The notes below the pieces were generated by a model. That model was not told the DNA's origin and ran no database searches. It was given only the letters and a program-made list of their open reading frames with translations. 64,000 bases of DNA from Octopus vulgaris. Lineage: Eukaryota. The stretch's first letter is position 1, and every line of letters begins with the position of its first letter. The stretch is from NCBI GenBank assembly GCA_951406725.2, contig OX597824.1, positions 16,182,001-16,246,000 of the forward strand, in the 5' to 3' direction. Made by a program: the position numbers and the translations under genes. This document shows positions 1-13,611 of the stretch, one piece after another.

Positions 1-51
<51 letters not shown>

Positions 52-111
52 GATTCACAGTGAAATCTAAACTGTAAATTATCAGGTATATACTATAAGT
101 TTTATTATCTA

Positions 112-200
<89 letters not shown>

Positions 201-469
201 CAAACACACACAGAGAAAGACTGAAAGTCAGAGATAGAGTGAGAGAGAGAGCTAAACGGAGAGAGAAAGTATGGTCGAGTGTTTTAGAGTTATATGTGTA
301 TATATAACTTTTCTATAGGCTTATTTTCTTTTATGGTCTGTGTATTCCGACCCGTCTCCTTCTTCGTTCGCTTCACATCCGCATTGACTCGTATACAAAG
401 GACAGCCAATTAAACACTTTTGCACTCTCGGTGATTTCTCCAGCTAGTCCTTGCATGCTTGTGCTCGTT

Positions 470-500
<31 letters not shown>

Positions 501-663
501 ACACAGACACACACACACACACACACAAAGACACACACAGACACACACACACACTCGCACACACTCACACACACGAATGCATGCAAGTACATATAGTTAC
601 ACAGTCACGCACACACCTATGAAACCGCACACAAGCGCATACGCAATCACACAAGCTAATCTA

Positions 664-727
<64 letters not shown>

Positions 728-867
728 TATACACATATATATATATACAGATATATATGTGTATATATATATATAAATATAAATATATATATATATAGAT
801 AGGTATATATATATATATATATACGTTTATTAACGATCGTACCAAATTGCCGGAGTCATTCTTGTTG

Positions 868-930
<63 letters not shown>

Positions 931-981
931 GTATATATGCATATATATCTGTTACGCATGGTTACTGAAATATACGTTGTG

Positions 982-1021
<40 letters not shown>

Positions 1022-1554
1022 ATTGTGTTTTCTGTATAATTAATTGTACATCTGCAATGTGCAGCGGGTGTGTCTCCGTGTATATGTATTCACATATGTA
1101 TATATATATATATATGCATATTAGTTAAAAACCTTATGATATCTACATACCTATTTATTTGCTTGAATGCAAAGTTTTATCTCATGTACGATCAAATTTA
1201 GTTACATACGAATTTAAATGCCCACGTATATATGAATACTATCACATTATGCTGCTTCAAGCACACATTCACAAACACTCTCATATCTATACAAACGCAC
1301 AGCATAAACACAAATGAACGCATATATAGAGATATATAGTATATATTAATCAGCATAAATAAAGAAACACACGGACTGACAGATTATCTGATGGACAGAT
1401 GCATAAAATGTCCTGTGTGTGTGTGCTAGGTACTTATGTATTAATCAGCATAGAACGAGGAATATTTTAGATATAATGGAATAAAATAACAAGAAAAATA
1501 TGCAACTTTTACGTCCTGAATGTAAAGAAATATGATAGATATTTAAATTGATAG

Positions 1555-2215
<661 letters not shown>

Positions 2216-2336
2216 CTATGAGAAATACAGAGAGAATGAGTGAAATAGATAGAATTAAAAAATTGATACAGAGAGAAGATACACACGGAGAGAGAAAGAA
2301 CGAGCAAAAGAGAGAGGGAGAGAAGGAGAGAGAGAG

Positions 2337-2408
<72 letters not shown>

Positions 2409-2647
2409 GGACAGTGTGAGCGAGGGGGAATATTTCCTGATAAAGTATGTGAATTGCAGTTTTTGTTGTTCGCTTTATTAATTTGGTTGTCATAGAAGAA
2501 TTTTAGTTGACGTTTCGAAATGATTTCAGAATTGAGGTGTGGTGAATATATTCAATAATGGCATATATTACATGCAGCATGAATAATGAAATATGTTGGT
2601 GTGGAGACGTGCGGAGGTGGTTGTGATTGCATGTGCATATGGATGAA

Positions 2648-2689
<42 letters not shown>

Positions 2690-2723
2690 TGCAGAATTAT
2701 ATGCATACATGATTTTATATGTA

Positions 2724-2769
<46 letters not shown>

Positions 2770-2818
2770 TATATATGTTTGTATAAATGTATATATATAT
2801 ATATATGAATGTATATAT

Positions 2819-2863
<45 letters not shown>

Positions 2864-3624
2864 ATATATTTATATATATGTATGTATTTATGCATGCACA
2901 TATATATGTATGCATACATATATATATGTATATGTATTTGTATATATATGTATACATATGTATAGGTAGTGTATATGTAAGATTATATGAGTGTTAGGTC
3001 TTTGCAATATATGTATATATATAAATTCATATATATAAACACCTAGGTATATATGCATGCATGCATGCATACATACATACATGCATATGTGTGTACGTAC
3101 GTAAAAACACGCACACAACACACATGCGCACATGCATAGAAATGTATATATATATATATACATACATATGTTTGTATATAGACACATTATATATATGTGT
3201 AAGTGTATTTAGGTTTTTTCTTGCTATTTTTTTGCTTTCGGCGGTATATGGTTAAAAGTATTATAAATGTACGTAAAATGAAAAAAAAAAATCATGTAGA
3301 AATGTATACATATATGTGTGTGTAGCTGTATGAATGCATATCCATATGCATACACAGACACATACATACACACCTACACACACACACACACGTACACACA
3401 TATACACACACACTCACGCAAGCTACAAAACACACAGGTTTATAATATACCAATGCATATCATACTGGTATATGTGTTTTCGTGAAACTGCTAAAAATGT
3501 AAATAATGAATAAAGCTAGGTGTAAAAATTTTATATTTGAGCCGACTCCTCCGAGACTAGAATCTAGATTATCGAAATCCTTTGTATAAATTAAAATGCA
3601 TACATTCGCACATACATACATACA

Positions 3625-3658
<34 letters not shown>

Positions 3659-3884
3659 ATACATACATAGAAACATACATACATACAAACATACATACAT
3701 ACATAGAAACATACATACATGCATACATACATATGTGTGTATCTTCGCGCATTTTTGTATATATAGCATTTTATAATCTATAAATGCGGGCGTATATATA
3801 TGGATATATATAGACAGGTATATTTAGGCATATCTATTAATATGGTTATCTATGTATACGTGTACATAACTATAAATTTAGACT

Positions 3885-4041
<157 letters not shown>

Positions 4042-4168
4042 CATATAAAAGTATATATATATATATGCATAAATATATATAGGGATTCATATACATGATT
4101 ATATGCACATACGTGTATATATGCTTATATATATATTTATATTACCAGGATATATATATGTATGTATA

Positions 4169-4332
4169 GGTGGTGGTGAGGCTGTGTGGTAAGAAGATTG
4201 TTTTCCAAATACATGGTTCCGGGTTCAGCCCCACTGCGTGGCACCTACAGTAAGTGGACTCTATTATAACCTCGGGTCAACCAAAGCCTTGTGAGTGGAT
4301 ATGGTAGAAGGAACCTAAAAGAAGGCCATCGA
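4169..4332 (+). mobile_element. tRNA-derived CORE-like SINE (family S2), 5' half only
   Basis: ggtgaggctgtgtggtaagaag...ggttcagccccactgcgtggcacc...caaagccttgtgagtggat matches the full copies at 53949 and 63046. Confidence 0.85.
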
Positions 4333-4349
4333 ATTTATGTATATGTTAT

Positions 4350-4383
<34 letters not shown>

Positions 4384-4448
4384 TATACATATATATACAT
4401 ATACTTACTTACTTATGTATATATACATACATATATATACATATATAT

Positions 4449-4520
<72 letters not shown>

Positions 4521-4801
4521 ATAGATAGATAGACAGACAGATAGACAGACAGATAGACAGAGAGATAGATAGCAAGGTTGATAGCTACAGATAATTATTT
4601 AAGGTATATATTTGTATACAAACATATATACATTTACATATATCTTATATATATTTACATTATATCTCATATATATATTTACATTATATATATTTACATT
4701 ATATCTCATATATATATTTACATTATATATATTTACATTATATCTCATATGTAAGCTTATACAGACACGTGCATTTTCAATAATTTATACATAGTCCTTT
4801 G

Positions 4802-4844
<43 letters not shown>

Positions 4845-5458
4845 GTGAAAGGAGAGCGAGGGAGTGAGAGATACAGAGAGAGAGAAAGAGAGAAAGAGAA
4901 GGAGAGAAAGAGGATGTGTGTTAGTGTGTGTGTGTATGTTAGAGTCTTGTGTATGACACTGTAAAATTGTTATTTAGATAGGTAGATAGATAGATGTCAG
5001 GTACGTTGTATATATATATATGTAATGTTGCGTCTATTTGTATATATATATACATTCATACATACATACATACATACATACATACATACATACATACATA
5101 CATACATACATACATACATACATACATACATACATACATACATACATACATACATACATACATACATACATACATACATACATACATACGTGTGTGTGTG
5201 TGTGTAGAATTTGCATATTCTGCAAAACATAATCATGTTGCCTTGATTAGAATATTAAATTATTAATCGATAACAATTATAGATTGTGAAATTAAAAACA
5301 ATAGCTTTTCTACTTCATGTCTGTGCGTATTTATTCAGAATTATATATTGACAAATCGTATATTCCTGTTACCCACACACAGAAATCTATCTTTGCCTTT
5401 CTTGCTATCTTCTTTCCTTTCTTTCTCTTTATCAGTCTCTCTCTCACTTCATCTCACT

Positions 5459-5490
<32 letters not shown>

Positions 5491-5656
5491 ACGGGAAGGT
5501 TTACGAAAATAAACAAAAGACGAAGGCAGGTGGAGTACAAACAAACAAATGTATTAGTATGGCGTTCAGGAATAGAAATAGAACAAGTCTTTTACGTTTC
5601 GAACCTACGCTCTTCGACAGAAAGATACACAAAAGAAACAAGGAGAGAAAAAATGC
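5491..5656 (-). mobile_element. Short hammerhead-bearing element, family B (putative Penelope pLTR fragment) in (TA)n
   Basis: Homologous to 25110-25275 and 56150-56316. Minus strand CTTT-CTGTCGA-A-GAGC-GTAG-GTTC-GAAA-CG-TA-AAAG. Confidence 0.7.
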
Positions 5657-5669
5657 GTATATATATATA

Positions 5670-5904
<235 letters not shown>

Positions 5905-6088
5905 GGAATGAGCAAGCGGGCAAGAACACATACATATAGGTATATATCTACGGACACACTCACACGGGCACACACACAAACACACACTCACGCACACACA
6001 CACACACGCACAAACGCACTCACGCACGCACACACATATAGATATCGATATTTCACATATATTACTTGCATATATATATATATATACA

Positions 6089-7912
6089 TTTTTTTTCTAG
6101 TTTCAGCTCAGAGCTGCGGCCATACTGATGCACCGCCGTTTTGTGCTACACTGTTATTACGGAGTACCTACTCTAATATGTGGCACTTGGTGAAGAATGG
6201 AGTTTGATACAGCTACTCTCATTTGCACCTCTTGCCGTGAGGTAGGTTCATCTGGGACTCTTGACAGGATGATGTCCAGCTTTGATTTAAAAACCGCTAC
6301 ATCTACTTTGTGCAAGTTCCTCAGACTCTTTGGGAGAATATTAAAAAGCTGTGGGCCCTTGAAACCCAGGTTGTTGCAGAAGCTGGTCCTGAAGCGTGAT
6401 GGCATTGCTGGGATCTTTGGCACTATGCAGTGTCGTCCCGTTCTAGCATTGGTGTAGCTTACAATGCCAAAATTTGGCACAATTCCTTCTAGGATCTTCC
6501 AGACATATATTACTGCATACCTCTCCCGTCTTCTCTCCAGGGAGTAGAGTCTTAGCTGTTTCAACCTTTCCCAGTAGCTGAGCTGTTGCAAAGAGACGAT
6601 CTTCTTTTTGAATCTTCTCTGGATTGCTTCAAGGTCCGCTGTTAATTTTACACTGGTGGGTGACCATAGCTGTGAGCAGTAATCCAGGCGACTGAGGACG
6701 AATGTCCGCCAGAGGACCATCATGGTTTCCTTATCTCTGGTTCTGAATGTTCTTAGGATCCACCCAGCCAGTCGTCTGCACTTTGTCGCCATCCTGGTAA
6801 TGTGCACTTGGAAAGAGGTATCATCACTCATGTCGATACCCAGGTCCCTCACAGACTTAGGCTCTGGGATTGAAATTCCCTGTGGACCGGTGTATCCTGT
6901 AAATTTAATATTCAGTTTTGGATGCTGGTAGCGCAGGACCTGGAATTTTTCAGCATTAAACTGCATATTATTATCCTCAGCCCATCTGTAGATTGAGTCT
7001 AACACCTGCTGCAGGTGTGCAACATCGCTGGGTTTCTGTATTTTCTGCGAGACTTTCGTATCGTCTGCATAGCTGGCCAGAGTGGCTATCCGGGCATTTG
7101 AAGGCATATCTGAGAGGGCCACTATAAAAAGCAGTGGTCCCAAGACAGTGCCCTGTGGAACACTGCTCACTATTTGTGTGTTCATAGAGGTGGCTCCATT
7201 AACCACTACTGCCTGACTCCTATCTTTCAGGAAGTCATGCAACCACACTCCAAGTTTTCCAGCTATGCCGAGGTCACGTAGTTTGTGGCATATCCGACCA
7301 TGATCCACCTTGTCAAAAGCTTTTGCAAAATCAAGGTAGATTACGTCCACATTTGATTTGTTGAGTAACTGCCTCAACACCCAGTCATAATGCTGTAAGA
7401 GCTGGATCAGGCAGCTCCTACCTGGTCGAAAACCAGGCTGGGTATTACTCAGCATGTTATTTTCCTCAAGGAATGCGATTAGTTTCTTTCTGACTATCCT
7501 TTCCATGACTTTGCTGATGTGTGAAGTCAGAGAGATAGGCCTATAGTTTTTGGCATCTGCTCTACTTCCCACTTTATGTATTGGGCATATTATTCCCTCC
7601 TTCAGCTTGCTTCGCAGTTTACCATTCGCAAGAAAGCTCTGGAAGAGAATCTTGAGGGGTTTTGCCAGGACATGCTTACACGCTTTGAGGAGGATGGCTG
7701 GGAAACCATCTGGACCAGCAGCTGAGTTTGTGTCCACTTCAGCTATGGCTAGTAGGACATCTTTTTCGCTAATGTCAATATATTCTATTGTAACCGCCTC
7801 GCTGGTTATAGGTGAGGCGGCAAAGAAGTCCACTGGTTCGTTCACTTGTCTGTGTTCCAACGGGGTGGTAAAGACACTTTTGAACTGGTCATTCAGCATC
7901 TCCCTGATCATA
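6089..7912 (-). mobile_element. 5'-truncated CR1-group LINE (3' part of ORF2 plus short 3' UTR)
   Basis: RT ORF followed by ggcggtgcatcagtatggccgcagctctgagctgaaact and a short A tail. A second 3'-end copy lies at 24823-24978. Confidence 0.9.
6157..7911 (-). CDS. Non-LTR retrotransposon reverse transcriptase (CR1 group), N-terminally truncated ORF2
   Basis: 584 codons without a stop. Motifs [48 protein letters not shown] and [18 protein letters not shown]. Confidence 0.92.
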   Translation of the reverse strand: MIREMLNDQFKSVFTTPLEHRQVNEPVDFFAASPITSEAVTIEYIDISEKDVLLAIAEVDTNSAAGPDGFPAILLKACKHVLAKPLKILFQSFLANGKLRSKLKEGIICPIHKVGSRADAKNYRPISLTSHISKVMERIVRKKLIAFLEENNMLSNTQPGFRPGRSCLIQLLQHYDWVLRQLLNKSNVDVIYLDFAKAFDKVDHGRICHKLRDLGIAGKLGVWLHDFLKDRSQAVVVNGATSMNTQIVSSVPQGTVLGPLLFIVALSDMPSNARIATLASYADDTKVSQKIQKPSDVAHLQQVLDSIYRWAEDNNMQFNAEKFQVLRYQHPKLNIKFTGYTGPQGISIPEPKSVRDLGIDMSDDTSFQVHITRMATKCRRLAGWILRTFRTRDKETMMVLWRTFVLSRLDYCSQLWSPTSVKLTADLEAIQRRFKKKIVSLQQLSYWERLKQLRLYSLERRRERYAVIYVWKILEGIVPNFGIVSYTNARTGRHCIVPKIPAMPSRFRTSFCNNLGFKGPQLFNILPKSLRNLHKVDVAVFKSKLDIILSRVPDEPTSRQEVQMRVAVSNSILHQVPHIRVGTP

Positions 7913-7920
7913 GTTGGACT

Positions 7921-8275
7921 TTGGCTCCGGGTTCAGTTCTACTGCGTTGCACTTTGGGCAAGTGTCTTCTACTATAGCCTCAAGCAGACCAAAGCCTTGT
8001 GAGGGGATTTGTAAGATGAAAACTGAAAGAAGCCCACCGTAAATATGTATGTAAGTATAAATATAAGTGTATGTGTTTGTCCCTCCGCCACCATCGCTTG
8101 ATAACCGATGTTGTCGTGTTTACTTCCTCGTAAGGCAGCAGTTCGGTAAAACAAAAACCGATAGAATAAGTACTAGGCTTACAAAGAATAAGTCCTGGAG
8201 TCGATTTTTTCGACCAAAGGCGGTGCTCCGGTATGGCCGCAGTCAAATGACAGAAACAAGTAAAAGGATTAAGAG
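7921..8275 (+). mobile_element. SINE family S2, 5'-truncated
   Basis: gggttcagttctactgcgttgcactttgggcaagtgtc...ggcggtgctccggtatggccgcagtcaaatgacagaaac. Confidence 0.9.
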
Positions 8276-8323
8276 AACACATACATACATACATACACAA
8301 ATTCACCCACACACATACATGCT

Positions 8324-8444
<121 letters not shown>

Positions 8445-8592
8445 ACAAGTTCGAGAAAGGAACGAAAGCAGCTAATAAGGAAGAAATAAACTTATTTTCT
8501 GCAAAATTCTGACAAGCTATTTTCTCAAAATTTAATTTTTGCTCACCACAGGTAACACTCTATACGTATATATGCACATACACACACACGCT

Positions 8593-8629
<37 letters not shown>

Positions 8630-8767
8630 ACACACACACACATATATACACATATATTTGAGATGTGAAACTAAAATATTAAGAAAGTCCAATTGATATT
8701 TTAATGAGAAACTCAAAGGACATTTTAGTTGTGCTTTTGTAAATATAATAAACAGCTTGAAATATGA

Positions 8768-8970
8768 ATTATCTCTTTCATTACCGTATTTATTTTGAGC
8801 TACTAAATATAACAAAGAATTTAGTAAAATAACTTAGTTGTCATTTAAGCTAGTGTTAGGAACATAAATTGTGACTAAGGTTTGATAGAAAATTCAGAAC
8901 TTTTGAAAACAAGATATTTGTACCACAGAGCCAGAGGCGGTTTCAGCCGGGTTGGTATCAAAAGGGTTAA
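8768..8970. mobile_element. Degraded piggyBac-like MITE
   Basis: Right end ggtatcaaaagggTTAA; degenerate left end ttatctctttcattacc; TTAA-type terminus. Confidence 0.5.
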
Positions 8971-9228
8971 ATATACGATTGTGTTTGTTTTGTTGACTCT
9001 TGACTTTCTTCTTCGGTAATCTATAATTATTACTTATTGTGTTTTGGAAGTGAAATCTTTGTAAGATCTTCTAGAAAACTTCAGGATTATGTAGGTACAT
9101 TTAGCACAACGTGGTAGCTACTCCGTTATAGTGACTAGCAAGGTGCTATAACAGAAAAACTAAATCACTTACATAGGTACAAAAACACACAACACACATA
9201 CACAGACGCACATATATGTATATATATA

Positions 9229-9543
9229 TCACCGTGATCACCGTGACCGACCAGGCTATCAGATGTTGCTACACATCGCTGGTCACAATGCGCTTCGCAT
9301 TGTTTTAGCCTTCAAATGACGCCACCCCACTGGCTAAGCGAGCAGGCCAACAGAAGAAAGAGTGAGAGAAAGTTGCGGCGAAAGAGTACAGTAGGGATCG
9401 CCACCCCCCCCCCCCCTGCCGGAGCCTCGTGGAGCTTTTAGGTGTTTTTGCTCAATAAACACTCACAACGCCCGGTCTGGGAATCGAAACCACGATCCTA
9501 CGACCGCGAGTCCACTGCCCTAACCACTGGGCAATTGCGCCTC
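9229..9543 (-). mobile_element. tRNA-derived SINE family S3
   Basis: Reverse complement of 13008-13317; A-box/B-box-like head; tail gtcggtcacggtgatcacggtg running into (TA)n. Confidence 0.9.
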
Positions 9544-9632
<89 letters not shown>

Positions 9633-9719
9633 TATATAATATAAATAATATATAATTATATGCATATATACATACATATATGTACATACCTACATATATA
9701 TGTATATATACATGCATAT

Positions 9720-9899
9720 ATGGGTACAGGACACAAAAAAAAAACACAATGAGAAACGAAAACATAAAAACAAAAACATAGAAACGAACTTTTTTTCGAA
9801 GAACGAAAAAAAGCAAACAGAGAAACGAGACATGCAACATGAAGAATATTCCCCTTCTGCAGTTGTCCCTGTTTCATCTACCCCGCGTTACGAGGGCAT
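9720..9899 (-). mobile_element. Family C short element (permuted hammerhead-core motifs) next to (TA)n
   Basis: Homologous to 32030-32210, 33420-33560 and 57920-58160. Confidence 0.6.
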
Positions 9900-10162
9900 C
9901 GTGGTCACGTGACCGACCAGGCTCTCAATATCTGATACACATCGTGGGTGGCAGCGCGCTATTGCATTGTTTTAGCTTTCAAATGACGGCACCGCACTGG
10001 CTAGGTGAGCAGCCCCCCCCCCACTGATCGAAAGGTGGATCCAACGGAGCAACGTGAAATGAAGACTTTTGCTCAAGAACACAACGCACCATACAGTGAG
10101 GGAATCGAACCCGCGATCGAGCGATCGTGTGTTGAACAGCCTGACCACTAGGCGACGCGCCT
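9900..10162 (-). mobile_element. tRNA-derived SINE, S3-related with CORE-like middle
   Basis: Minus-strand head ggcgcgtcgcctagtggtcagg...gggttcgattccc; S3-type tail. Confidence 0.75.
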
Positions 10163-10194
10163 TGACACACATACACACACACACACGAACATAT

Positions 10195-10350
10195 AGGCGC
10201 AGGGGTGGGTGTGGGGGAAGAAATTTGCTTCCCAACCACTCGAATCCGGGTTCAGTCCCAGAGCCTGGCACTTTGATCAGGTGTCTTCTATAATAGCTAC
10301 GGTCGTCCAAAGCCTCTTGAGAGGATTTGGTAGACGAAAACCGAAAGAAG
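10195..10350 (+). mobile_element. SINE family S2, 5' half
   Basis: ggcgcaggggtgggtgtggggaag...gggttcagtccca...ggatttggtagacgaaaaccgaaagaag. Confidence 0.8.
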
Positions 10351-10367
10351 CTTGTTGTGTGTGCGTA

Positions 10368-10418
<51 letters not shown>

Positions 10419-10500
10419 GTGTGTGCATGTGTAATATATGGTATAATTATAAGCGGGGCAAATTTTAGCCATTTCTCCGCAGGCTGAAAAAAAAGGCGAA

Positions 10501-10547
10501 CAACCTTATTCGATTTTCGAACCTTATTTGGTTCTCATCAGAGTCTT
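10501..10547 (-). ncRNA. Minimal hammerhead ribozyme candidate
   Basis: Minus strand GACT-CTGATGA-GAACC-aaataa-GGTTC-GAAA-ATCGAA-TA-AGGTT. Perfect core and 5-bp stem II; stems I and III imperfect. Confidence 0.6.
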
Positions 10548-10614
10548 CCACATCATTCTGACGGTCTCCAGAGAAACAAGTAGCCAAACTGTTTATATGC
10601 ATATATATACACTC

Positions 10615-10704
<90 letters not shown>

Positions 10705-10706
<2 letters not shown>

Positions 10707-11360
10707 ACAGCAGTGGCTGTGTGGTAAGTAGCTTGTTTACCAACCACATGGTTCCGGGTTCAGTCCCACTGCATGGCATCTTGGGCAAGTGTCTTCTGCT
10801 ATAGCCTCGGGCCGACCAAAGCCTTGTGAGTGGATTTGGTAGACGGAAACTGAAAAGAAGCCCGTCGTATATATGTATATATATATATGCCTTTCAGCTT
10901 CTGACCAGCGTCGTGTTAACATCGTTGTTTTTCGTCCGCCGCTATAGGCATCGCCGATAAGGCTCCTTTCCTTGCGCCAGAGAAAAAATTTGTTTGCTTG
11001 TTATCAGTCGTAAGACACTTGTTGTTGTTTTCACCGTTAATGCTTCTGTATTTCATGTTTCTGTATTCCATTATTTTTTTGTTTTTTTATATTCGTCCCT
11101 TTTGCTGTCCTGGTGTCCGTATGCATTCGATCCTTCTTCCAGGAAATCTACGCTCCCAGCTTAGTTTTTCTAATGCTCGTTGCTTAGTTTTTCTTGGAGG
11201 GCTGGCCGTGATCTAGTAATCTCAAGATTAATCAGCCGAAATTACTACGATGATCCGGTTCTTGACTGAAGACTGAGGGTTTCGAATGTCCTGTCCGTGT
11301 TTATTGTATCGTCTTCTAAGAGTTATACGTTCTTGTCCATGTTGTATTTTTCTACATACC

Positions 11361-11422
<62 letters not shown>

Positions 11423-11651
11423 TGTGTGTGTATGTTTGTGTGTCTGTGTTTGTCCCCCTAGCATTGCTTGACAACCGATGCCGGTGTGTTTATGTCCCCG
11501 TCACTTAGTGGTTCGGCAAAAGAGACCGATAGAATAAGTACTGGGCTTACAAAGAATAAGTCCCGGGGTCGAGTTGCTCGATTAAAGGCGGTGCTCCAGC
11601 TTGGCCGCAGTCAAATGACTGAAACAAGTAAAAGAGTAAAAGAGTAAAAGA

Positions 11652-11653
<2 letters not shown>
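10705..11653 (+). mobile_element. SINE family S2 interrupted in its internal (TA)n linker by a ~470-bp insert (~10890-11362)
   Basis: Head at 10705-10870 and tail at 11420-11653 with (GAGTAAAA)n end. Part of the insert resembles the reverse complement of 28850-28975. Confidence 0.85.
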
Positions 11654-11692
<39 letters not shown>

Positions 11693-12152
11693 ATGGACCC
11701 TAGAAAATACCGCAATGCATTTTGCCCCATGCTGTTATGATCTATCATTCCACCGTTCTTCATTAAAAGTAATGGTTTCTGATTTAGGTATAAGGCTAGG
11801 TGTGTTGGCACAAGGGTAGGAGTCTTGAGGTAAAGGATTGAGAAAGATATTGTTATAGAACAGAATTAGGAGAACAGATTGAGATTTGACTGTGCTATAC
11901 ATGGAGGCCCGCTCATACCAGTGTATACAAAACAGGATTCTGCGTTAGTAACGTTGTCCACGGATATTTCATGAATACAGCTGGAAATTTATCGACACCA
12001 AAATATACAAAAAAATGTATTTTTTGAAGCATGCAAATCCTAAAGGAATTTAAAATCCCATAAGTAGTTTTGAATGTGCGGGCGTAGGAGAGAACATCAT
12101 TCCAAATTATGTTTGTTGTTATATATTTGCCATATATTCGACATTGACAGTT

Positions 12153-12476
12153 ATTATTACCTCCGCCTTTGCAAAGGCGGAGGTATTGTTTTCAGTCGTG
12201 TTTGTCTGTCTGTTTGTCCTTGGACAAGATATCTCAGGTAACTAGCATGAATTCATTAGATTTTGGGATCGCTCCGGATTCTGGATTATTTTTCCGTTTT
12301 TTTTTTTATAAATTTAATATTTGAGAGCGGTCGAGTTCATTTTTAGTATTCACTTTTGTGACAGCAGTCAAGTTTATTTCATATATTCTCATTTTAAAAA
12401 TCATCTCTCCTTAATTTTTGAGAGGATGCTGCTGTTGCCTTGGCGGAGGTTTGCGCTCTCTGAGTGCTCTTGTTAT
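12153..12476 (+). mobile_element. Helentron-associated non-autonomous element (HINE/DINE-like)
   Basis: 5' hairpin TACCTCCGCC-tttgcaaa-GGCGGAGGTA, (GTTT/GTCT) microsatellite, 3' subterminal ggcggaggtttgcgctctctgagtgc. Confidence 0.7.
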
Positions 12477-12484
12477 TTATATAT

Positions 12485-12640
12485 GTTCGTCTGTCTTACC
12501 GTTCTGAGTTCAAATCCCGCCGAGGTCGACTTTGCCTTTCATTCTTTCGGGGTCGATAAACTAAGTACCAACTGCATACTGGGCTCGATCCAATCTGCCC
12601 CACAAAATTTCAGGCCTTGTGCCTATAGTAAAAAAGATTA
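12485..12640 (+). mobile_element. SINE family S1 (Meta-domain-like), 5'-truncated
   Basis: gttctgagttcaaatcccgccgaggtcgactttgcctttcattctttcggggtcgataaac. Confidence 0.85.
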
Positions 12641-13007
12641 TTTATATTTGTATAAATATTCAAAGAATGTTATCAGAGGAACGACATCAAAGGTATAATC
12701 TGTGTTTTATAGTATTACTCTATTACAGTTAAACGACATTGGGAATGTTTAACAATTGTTAATAGGTTCTACTATAGACTGATTTTCACATTGCAGAAGA
12801 ATTAAACAAATCAAATACAAGGCTAAGCATGAACCCATAGTCTCAGATAATTAAGTAATGATCATTTGTAATGAAGATTTGATAAATATTCATAAATTGA
12901 CGAGACAAAAGTAATAAGAGAAGAGATCTTAATTCTATTAGTTGGCTGCTATTTCGTAATCTATATTAGTTGCACAATTGACGCTGCGTTGCCCACCACA
13001 CATATAA

Positions 13008-13317
13008 GGCGCAATGGCCTAGTGGTTAGGGCAGCGAACTCGCGGTCGTAGGATCGCGGTTTCGATTCCCAGACCGGGCGTTGTGTGTGTTTATTGAGCG
13101 AAAACACCTAAAAGCTCCACGAGGCTCTGGCAGGGGGTGGTGATCCCTGCTGTACTCTTTCACCTCTCTTTCTCTCACTCTTTCTTCTGTTGGCCTGCTC
13201 GCTTAGCCAGCGGGGGGGGGGGCGTCATTCGAAGGCTAAAACAATGCGAACGCATTGTGACCAGCGATGTGTAGCAACATCTGATGGTCTGGTCGGTCAT
13301 GTGTTCATGTGATGTGA
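13008..13317 (+). mobile_element. tRNA-derived SINE family S3, full length
   Basis: ggcgcaatggcctagtggttagggcagcg (A box), ggtttcgattccc (B box), tail catctgatggtctggtcggtc into (TA)n. Confidence 0.9.
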
Positions 13318-13357
13318 TATATATATATATATGTGTGTGTACAGAAATATATATATA

Positions 13358-13558
13358 TGACCTCGTGTGTACCGTTGGCGATTTCTTTTCCTCTGTCTTC
13401 CCTTCCCTGGATCTTTCCTTCTCCTATGTTTCCGACGAAGAGCTCCGTTCGAAACGTTAAACCCTCTTTCTTTCCTTCTTTCCTGAGCGTCCAATAATAC
13501 TATATTTGTTCCACGTCCTCGTGTTGTTGTGTTTCTTTGTGCTTTCTTGTTTGGATTA

Positions 13559-13562
<4 letters not shown>
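13358..13562 (+). mobile_element. Hammerhead-bearing element family A in (TA)n
   Basis: Homologous to 59003-59215. GTTT-CCGACGA-A-GAGC-TCC-GTTC-GAAA-CG-TT-AAAC at 13428-13462. Confidence 0.75.

Positions 13563-13611
<49 letters not shown>

Noticed and set aside
11255-11300. CTGAAGA...TTCGAATGTC as a hammerhead
   Set aside because: No clear stem II and GAAT instead of GAAA; kept only as part of an unclassified insert.
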